NCBI GenBank assembly: GCA_046350755.1
Contig: JAXLZV010000002.1
Location: forward strand, 19,379-83,378
Source of the DNA: Candidatus Saccharimonadota bacterium
GTDB taxonomy: Bacteria > Patescibacteriota > Saccharimonadia > CAILAD01 > GCA-016700035
Length of the DNA stretch: 64,000 bases
Direction of reading: 5' to 3'
Shown: piece after piece, positions 58,114 to 64,000 of the stretch
How the letters are laid out: every line of letters starts with the position of its first letter
Numbering within the stretch: position 1 is the stretch's first letter
The notes under the pieces: generated by a model
What the model was told of the DNA's origin: nothing
Seen by the model: only the letters and a program-made list of their open reading frames with translations
The model's database searches: none
Position numbers and translations under genes: made by a program

Positions 58114-58454
58114 GACTGCCCAACGTCCAGGTTAAACCGTTTTTTCAGATAATCTCGACTTAACTCAGCCTGACGGACTTGCAGAGCAAATGGGTCATCA
58201 CCCAGTTCACGAATATTCGCCTCAACGGCGTCAACCCAAGTTTTCTCAATCAGATCAGTATCGGCTGCCGAGAGGGGAGTCTGATTGGCAACTAGCGCCG
58301 GAGTAGTCGTGGCAGCTTGGGCGACTTGGTCGCTGGCTGCCGCAACATTGTGCGACGCTTCGGGAGGGGATTGATCTGGAAACGGATTACTAATCACCTG
58401 AGTCCGAATTGGCCCCGACGATGCAGGCTTTGGCTGTTCGGCAGATGTCTTCAT
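58110..58454 (-). CDS. Hypothetical soluble protein (114 aa), translationally coupled (4-nt overlap) to the downstream ATPase
   Basis: ORF only. It has an Ala/Thr/Pro-rich N-terminus. Confidence 0.3.
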   Translation of the reverse strand: MKTSAEQPKPASSGPIRTQVISNPFPDQSPPEASHNVAAASDQVAQAATTTPALVANQTPLSAADTDLIEKTWVDAVEANIRELGDDPFALQVRQAELSRDYLKKRFNLDVGQS

Positions 58455-58510
58455 ACTACTTATGATTATAGTGCTTCTAGAGTACGATTGCGACCTTCTT
58501 CACGCTCGGC

Positions 58511-59941
58511 TCAGGTATGCACCCAAACGGGCGTCCCCACTGGAGCCCAATCGTAAAGAAAGGCGGCGGCGGCATTCGGCATATTTACACAGCCGTGACT
58601 GCCCCCATAGTAGTAATCGGCCCCGCCAAAGCTCGATCGCCAGCTTGCGTCATGAAGACCATAGCCAGAGTAGAAGGGCATCCAGTACTGTACAAACACA
58701 TTGTAGTTGTAGCCGTAAGGTCGACCATTCAGATACGTGTTGCGCGCCTTATAGTAAATTGCGAAGGTACCCGTTACGGTCGGGAAACCGGCCCCAGTCG
58801 CACCACTGGTCACCGGTGTCGAATAGACGACTTGACCATTTTCATAGGCCCACAGATATTGCCGACTTAAATTCACTTCAATATAACGCGGGGCATCCAG
58901 ACTAGTGGTCCGCGTAGTTTCCGTGCGGAAAGCCACTGGATTCGTCTTCAGGCCAATCGTTGCGTCGCGATTATCACGCATCGCAGCCATTACCTCGGCA
59001 ACAGCTGCCTCCTGATCAACTGCGTATCCATTGCTGCCTTCACGATCAACTGAGGTGACACCATTCTTGATCGTCACTTTTTTGTTGACTGGATTTTTAT
59101 TGACCTGATTGGCAACCGACTGGACCCAGCCACGAACCTCTTGCTCATTTACCTTCACCAGTAATTTTGAAGGATTCACCTCACTATCGGGCTCCACCTT
59201 AATCCAATAGCCAATGTTCGTCGGGGAGGCCGCAAAGGTACGACCCTCATACGTTAGGCTCACCTGTCGCCCCAATAACTGCTGAGCCGAAGTCGTCGTC
59301 GGCTGGACTTCGCTGGCTTTAATGGGCGCCTCGACCGACTGGGTTTCGAGTTGGAAAGTCGCGTCCTTAGCTTCGGCTAACGCCCCAGAAACTAGTTGGG
59401 TAACCCGCGTTCGATCAATTCCCAAGCCGGGCTTATCTGGTATTACCACCACCTGACCTTCCTTAACTTGTACTACGGCGCTGGTTGCCGGCTGCCCAAC
59501 TGATTTCACAACGTCACTGGTAAAAGCATTCAGCTTTTTGTAGTCAAGCTTATAAGCATAGGCCAATTCGCCTTGTGAGAGCGCCGTCCAGACACCAATT
59601 ATTGGCAGCGGCTGATCACGACCAACCTGATAAGCTAACTCCACTGTAGCCGGAATATCATACTCAGCTCCTAGTTGTTGACTAGAGGCCGTAAACTCCT
59701 TTCCGTCGACCATGATCTTGAGGTTCCTATCGAGCGGCTGGCTTTGCAGCTTAGCGATTGCCTGCTGCCGAGTGAGTCCGGCTACCGAAACATTGGCAAC
59801 CGTTACGGATGGGTAGATGACCCCCTCCAACCAAGATGAGACGAGAGCATTAGCCAAAATCACGAAGAAGAGCGGGGCTAATACAAGAAACCAATGTCGA
59901 GAATGGATATTCGACGCTGAGAGACGCTTGGGATGACTCAT
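58511..59941 (-). CDS. L,D-transpeptidase (YkuD-domain) protein with an N-terminal signal anchor
   Basis: The C-terminal catalytic domain has 'HDASW...YGGSHGCVNM' (the L,D-TPase His/Cys motif). The start is set to the ATG at 59941 (MSHPKRL...FLVLAPLFFVILANALV). The ORF-track GTG start is at 60013. Confidence 0.7.
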   Translation of the reverse strand: MSHPKRLSASNIHSRHWFLVLAPLFFVILANALVSSWLEGVIYPSVTVANVSVAGLTRQQAIAKLQSQPLDRNLKIMVDGKEFTASSQQLGAEYDIPATVELAYQVGRDQPLPIIGVWTALSQGELAYAYKLDYKKLNAFTSDVVKSVGQPATSAVVQVKEGQVVVIPDKPGLGIDRTRVTQLVSGALAEAKDATFQLETQSVEAPIKASEVQPTTTSAQQLLGRQVSLTYEGRTFAASPTNIGYWIKVEPDSEVNPSKLLVKVNEQEVRGWVQSVANQVNKNPVNKKVTIKNGVTSVDREGSNGYAVDQEAAVAEVMAAMRDNRDATIGLKTNPVAFRTETTRTTSLDAPRYIEVNLSRQYLWAYENGQVVYSTPVTSGATGAGFPTVTGTFAIYYKARNTYLNGRPYGYNYNVFVQYWMPFYSGYGLHDASWRSSFGGADYYYGGSHGCVNMPNAAAAFLYDWAPVGTPVWVHT

Positions 59942-60076
59942 AGTTTCTTTCTGACACCTGTTCGTTGTTGCCCTCAAGTATAGACGTATCAGGCTGAAAA
60001 AACTATATCTCACTTATGCTTGCGCTGAGCTATAAGGCTCAATAAATCGCATACAATATGTATACGAAAAAGTTGC

Positions 60077-62902
60077 TTACCGTATGCTCAACTCAGCTTC
60101 ATCTGGTAAGGAGTGCTTGAGGGCTGCATAACACCGCTTTATCAACTGAGTGATTCTTTCGGCTGAGGGCTGTGGGCCAGCATCTAGACGAAGACGACAA
60201 CTGAGCACTCGCCGACCCACCTGGTGAAGCTTCGCATCGGCAAAAGTACTGAGAAATTCCACTGAAAATACTGCTTTTTGACGTCGTAGTATACGCTCTA
60301 TCATCTGCCACTGTATAGCTTCGTCGATTTCAAGGCTTACATCTCGTATTATCAATTGATATTCAGGTATTGGCTCGACTAATTGCTTCCGTCCCAATCT
60401 CATCAACGGCTCAAGTTCTAATTCACACCAAGCAAAGACCTGGGATAGACCAAAGCTACTGGCGACAGCGGCTTTCACCTGACCAAAACCTCCAATCCGA
60501 CGATCATCCAGATAGATATCGACAGCTCGCTGACCAACCAAATTCTGGTCTGTAGTCGGGTGGAATTCTAGTGGCCAATGGCGAAGGGCAGCCAATCGAT
60601 GAAGATAAGCCTGCAGGCGCTCAAGAGCATCTTCACCGGCGGTACTCATGCCGAGCCGCCACTGCTCATCGGGCAATTCACCCTGACGACCATGGCCGTG
60701 AAAAACCCGCGACATCTCAAAGGTGATGTGCTGCAGCCTCGAGTGTCCATTGCGCTCCCAAACATACAGATGACTTGAGAGCAGGGTACTACGTAAGTAG
60801 GTTTGTTCGGGAGTACGCGGATTGGCAATCTTCGGCAAAGCTTCAGTCGACTGTCCAGTCGTCTCGGCATCAGCCTGAGAAATAAAACTATAGGTTGCGA
60901 TTTCCGTTCCGCCTGCAGCGATGAGCTGCTGCCGTAATCTCATTTGCTCGGGTAAACTAGATTGTGTATGGGCCGCCATTGGTGGCAGGCCTGGCAAAGT
61001 CTCCGGCATGTTTTCATAACCGACTAGCTTTGCAATCTCTTCAAAAACATCCGTTTCCAGCCGGATATCTGATCGCCACCAAGGCACCTCGACGGCTAAG
61101 ATATGATTGAAGCTCTCAAGATAGCGACGTGCACCCAAATAGCCCGGATCCTGCGTAAACTCTTCAACAGGGGAGACAACCACACCTGTCTGACGCCGTT
61201 TCACCCACTTACCATCTCGATGCTTGTAGGTAGCAGCATGAACCACCTGACCGTTACCGAGATAAATACCATTATGGCCAACCTTCATCGGTTGTTTGAG
61301 CGTGTGCTTCACTTTCTTGCCATCTGGCGCCATCAAATAGTAATGATCGGTCGATGATTTCTCGATAATACCCTCAATAAAGAGGACGTCACCTGGCTTC
61401 AACTGACCCACTTCAACTGGACGCCCGGTATGGATCTGACCCAAAGCCGTATGACCAACAAACACCCCTAATTTGGAGTAAATTCTATCTACTAGATATG
61501 AGCAATCAAAGGCCTCTTCACCATCCGTCCGATAGTTTGCGCCCCACTTATAAGGCTTACCAAGGTGGGACTTTATCTCCTTCGTCAGAGAGAAGTGTTC
61601 GACTCCGAAACCCAGTTTCCGTAGGCCTTGGACGACAGTAGTCTCCGGCAAATCCATACCCAAGAATCGCTCAGCCGTACGTAGCCGCACACCTAAAAAT
61701 TGCTGCCACGGCCAACCATTGAGCTGATCGAACGGACCATCAATAATCTCAGCGTCACAGATTTCGCGCAACAAATCCAACAACCTCCCAAACGCCCACA
61801 GCGACAAGGGGAGAGGCAAGCCTCGCTCAAAGCGCGCTGAGGCTTCGGTTCGCAAGCCATGCCGGACCGCCGATCGACGCACCGTCGCTTTATCAAAATT
61901 TGCCGCTTCGAGCAGAATCTCAGTAGTATGCTCATCTATCTGTGTCTGTGCCGAACCCATAATTCCAGCTAAACCAACTGGACCAGATTCATCAGCCACC
62001 ACCAAGTCTTCATTACTTAAGGTGCGTTGCTCATCATCAAGTGTAGTAATTTTTTCGCCACTCTTTGCCAAGCGCACCGCCAGGGGACCAGACAGTTTCG
62101 CGAGATCATAGGCATGGCTCGGCTGGCCGGTCTCGAGCATGACAAAGTTCGTAATATCAACAACGGCATTATGCGAGACAAACCCATTCGCCTCTAAGTT
62201 ATCCACAAGCCATGCCGGACTTTTTACATCATTTCGAATCCGAACATTTGCCGAAATAAATCGTGGACACTTCCCCACTTCCTTGACATTTACAAATTCG
62301 GTTTTTTTATAGTCATATTGCCCAACCGCCGGTTCTACTACCCCCTGCTCTCTCGTATCGTGAGCGGCTAATTCGCGAGCCATCCCTACTCCACTTAAGT
62401 AATCCCACCGGTTTGCCGGGGTCTTAATGTCCAGGACGGTCCGTGAAAAAACTATGTCGCACAATGATGTACCAAGTTTGTGGCCATCATTTTCGAGCAC
62501 TAAGATACCTGAATGGTCCTCTGAGAGGCCGAGTTCCTGAGAACTCGCTAACATACCGTGCGACTCGACACCACGAATCTTTGACGCGACGATCTTTGTT
62601 CCGTCTGGCAATACTGCGCCGGGCTGCACTAAGACGACGCGCTGCTCAACGGCCACATTCGGCGCACCGCAGACAACTTGGATTTTTTTTGTACCGGTAG
62701 TCACCGTCACGAGCCGCAAGCGATCAGCATTGGGGTGTGGCGCCACATCGATTGTCTTCGCGAGAATGATCTTCTGATCAAGCACATGCCCCTGCAAAAC
62801 TTCCTCAACCTCAATCTCCGTCTGATTCATCAGCTCAACCAACTGCTCCGCCGAACGCTGCTTTTTGAGATAGCGATTTAGTGTCTCAACAGCGATTTTC
62901 AT
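60077..62902 (-). CDS. pheT: Phenylalanine--tRNA ligase beta subunit carrying an inserted ~140 aa NlpC/P60 peptidase-like domain
   Basis: The N-terminus MKIAVETLNRYLK and the B5 'VPWWRSDIRLETDVFEEIAKLVGYENMP' are canonical PheT. Between the B3/4 and B5 regions lies 'PYKWGANYRTDGEEAFDCSYLVDRIYSKLG...PGDVLFIEG...HNGIYLGNGQVVHA', i.e. the NlpC/P60 Cys...His...His motifs. The total of 941 aa compares with ~800 aa for a typical PheT. Confidence 0.9.
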   Translation of the reverse strand: MKIAVETLNRYLKKQRSAEQLVELMNQTEIEVEEVLQGHVLDQKIILAKTIDVAPHPNADRLRLVTVTTGTKKIQVVCGAPNVAVEQRVVLVQPGAVLPDGTKIVASKIRGVESHGMLASSQELGLSEDHSGILVLENDGHKLGTSLCDIVFSRTVLDIKTPANRWDYLSGVGMARELAAHDTREQGVVEPAVGQYDYKKTEFVNVKEVGKCPRFISANVRIRNDVKSPAWLVDNLEANGFVSHNAVVDITNFVMLETGQPSHAYDLAKLSGPLAVRLAKSGEKITTLDDEQRTLSNEDLVVADESGPVGLAGIMGSAQTQIDEHTTEILLEAANFDKATVRRSAVRHGLRTEASARFERGLPLPLSLWAFGRLLDLLREICDAEIIDGPFDQLNGWPWQQFLGVRLRTAERFLGMDLPETTVVQGLRKLGFGVEHFSLTKEIKSHLGKPYKWGANYRTDGEEAFDCSYLVDRIYSKLGVFVGHTALGQIHTGRPVEVGQLKPGDVLFIEGIIEKSSTDHYYLMAPDGKKVKHTLKQPMKVGHNGIYLGNGQVVHAATYKHRDGKWVKRRQTGVVVSPVEEFTQDPGYLGARRYLESFNHILAVEVPWWRSDIRLETDVFEEIAKLVGYENMPETLPGLPPMAAHTQSSLPEQMRLRQQLIAAGGTEIATYSFISQADAETTGQSTEALPKIANPRTPEQTYLRSTLLSSHLYVWERNGHSRLQHITFEMSRVFHGHGRQGELPDEQWRLGMSTAGEDALERLQAYLHRLAALRHWPLEFHPTTDQNLVGQRAVDIYLDDRRIGGFGQVKAAVASSFGLSQVFAWCELELEPLMRLGRKQLVEPIPEYQLIIRDVSLEIDEAIQWQMIERILRRQKAVFSVEFLSTFADAKLHQVGRRVLSCRLRLDAGPQPSAERITQLIKRCYAALKHSLPDEAELSIR

Positions 62903-63900
62903 AGCTGATCACTCAGGAGTAATTGAGGCCGCCAGAGCTTCCGTAAGTCAGTTAAGCCAAACCGCTGCATAGCTAGTCGATCAGGGCCGAATCCAAAAGC
63001 AAAGCCGCTAAATTGCTCCGGATCAATACCGCCACGAGCTAAGACGTGCGGATGCACCATGCCAGCGCCACAGATCTCGAGCCATTCATCTCGATACCAA
63101 ATATCAACTTCGACTGATGGCTCGGTGTACGGGAAAAAGCTCGGGCGAAAACGAATCTTAATGTCCTCGCCAAGCAATGACTGCATAACGTGAAGGAGTG
63201 TCCCCTTCAAATCAGCCATACTCACCGACTCACCAACCACAAGTCCTTCTACCTGATAAAATGACCAGGAATGTGTTTTATCCTCGTCCTCATTGCGATA
63301 GGCTTTACCAGGCACAATGATCTTAAATGGCGGCGTATGCGCTTCCATATAGCGAATCTGAGCCGCTGACGTGTGTGTCCGCGGTACCAAAGACGGACCC
63401 TCTCCATCGCGCTGGATATAGAAAGTGTCCTGCATATCTCGAGCCGGGTGATCCGGTGGCATATTGAGGACTTCAAAGTTATACCAATCGCTCTCAACTT
63501 CGGGCCCATCAACGATCGCAAACCCTAATCGCAAGAAAACATCATAGATATCTGATAGTACGAGCTGGGTTGGATGACCATGTCCAGCCCCCTGGGCTAA
63601 TTTGATCGGCATCGTTAGGTCAGCGGCTGACAAATCTAAGTCAGCGCTCATTGTCAGATCTGCCTCTACGCGCTTTAGGGCCTGCTCACAACCCTGCTTG
63701 AGCGCATTAACTGCCGCTCCATATTGACCCCTCTCTTCATTCGGTAGCGTCGTGATAAGCTTAAAAGCCATCGTTATTTCACCCTGCCGACCGAGAAATT
63801 TGCTACGCACAGCAGCCAACTGGACTGGTGTAGAGACGGCTTTAATTGCAGCATCAAATTTCTTTTTGAGGCTTTGGAGATTGTCTTGGGGCTTAGTCAT
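62899..63900 (-). CDS. pheS: Phenylalanine--tRNA ligase alpha subunit
   Basis: Class II aaRS motifs, including 'GFAFGFGPDRLAMQRFG' (motif 3). There is a 4-nt overlap with pheT. The start is set to the ATG at 63900 (MTKPQDN...). The ORF-track TTG is at 63927. An extended -10 'TGGTATAAT' lies at ~63928-63936 on the minus strand. Confidence 0.9.
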   Translation of the reverse strand: MTKPQDNLQSLKKKFDAAIKAVSTPVQLAAVRSKFLGRQGEITMAFKLITTLPNEERGQYGAAVNALKQGCEQALKRVEADLTMSADLDLSAADLTMPIKLAQGAGHGHPTQLVLSDIYDVFLRLGFAIVDGPEVESDWYNFEVLNMPPDHPARDMQDTFYIQRDGEGPSLVPRTHTSAAQIRYMEAHTPPFKIIVPGKAYRNEDEDKTHSWSFYQVEGLVVGESVSMADLKGTLLHVMQSLLGEDIKIRFRPSFFPYTEPSVEVDIWYRDEWLEICGAGMVHPHVLARGGIDPEQFSGFAFGFGPDRLAMQRFGLTDLRKLWRPQLLLSDQL

Positions 63901-64000
63901 GTCGTTTTGTTCGGAAATATAACTCAATTATACCAAGAGTCAGGAGAAAAAGAATAATATCCCCCATACTCAGCATCCGCAAGCTCTGCATCGCCAAGCC

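Overview
This 64 kb window comes from a moderately GC-rich (~50-55%) bacterium with a monoderm (Gram-positive-type) envelope toolkit: LPXTG/MPXTG sortase signals, an L,D-transpeptidase, NlpC/P60, a PrsW-like protease, a DUF4190-like protein and a KGG stress protein. This is compatible with a streamlined Saccharibacteria/CPR-like or Actinobacteria-like genome, but I cannot resolve the lineage from sequence alone.

Almost everything is encoded on the minus strand.

Housekeeping features:
- An unlinked rRNA set: 23S+5S at ~5.8-9.4 kb and 16S at ~30.1-31.6 kb, ~21 kb apart, with tRNA-Ala(UGC) and tRNA-Ile(GAU) between them on the opposite strand.
- gyrB-gyrA and pheS-pheT. PheT carries an inserted NlpC/P60 peptidase domain.
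- uppS.
- An F-type ATPase block atpF-H-A-G-D-C whose upstream genes are not recognisable as atpB/atpE.

Accessory content:
- A ~20 kb co-directional array (2.3-24.9 kb, interrupted by 23S-5S) of at least 10 paralogous secreted multidomain proteins: GH5 x2, GH114-like, GH26-like, two pectate-lyase-fold beta-helix proteins and others. All share a Lys-rich N-terminus plus a single transmembrane helix. Two complementary sub-families carry either an N-proximal 'ETWPASGG...YVEF[LM]AP' module or a C-terminal fibronectin-III (FN3) domain ending in a short Cys/Trp-rich tag 'G[RQ]CF[LI]IWCW'.
- Two tandem giant (~1500 aa) surface proteins with tail-fibre-like repeats and Kelch-type beta-propellers, sharing a ~710 bp identical block.
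- An LPXTG-anchored PKD-domain protein next to a T4SS-type ATPase.

The paralog array contains recent duplications (a 567 bp identical 3' module) and recurring promoter-region motifs. No CRISPR array, transposase or prophage is evident. Coordinates of the RNA genes and regulatory sites were placed by eye and are approximate (about +/-10 nt).
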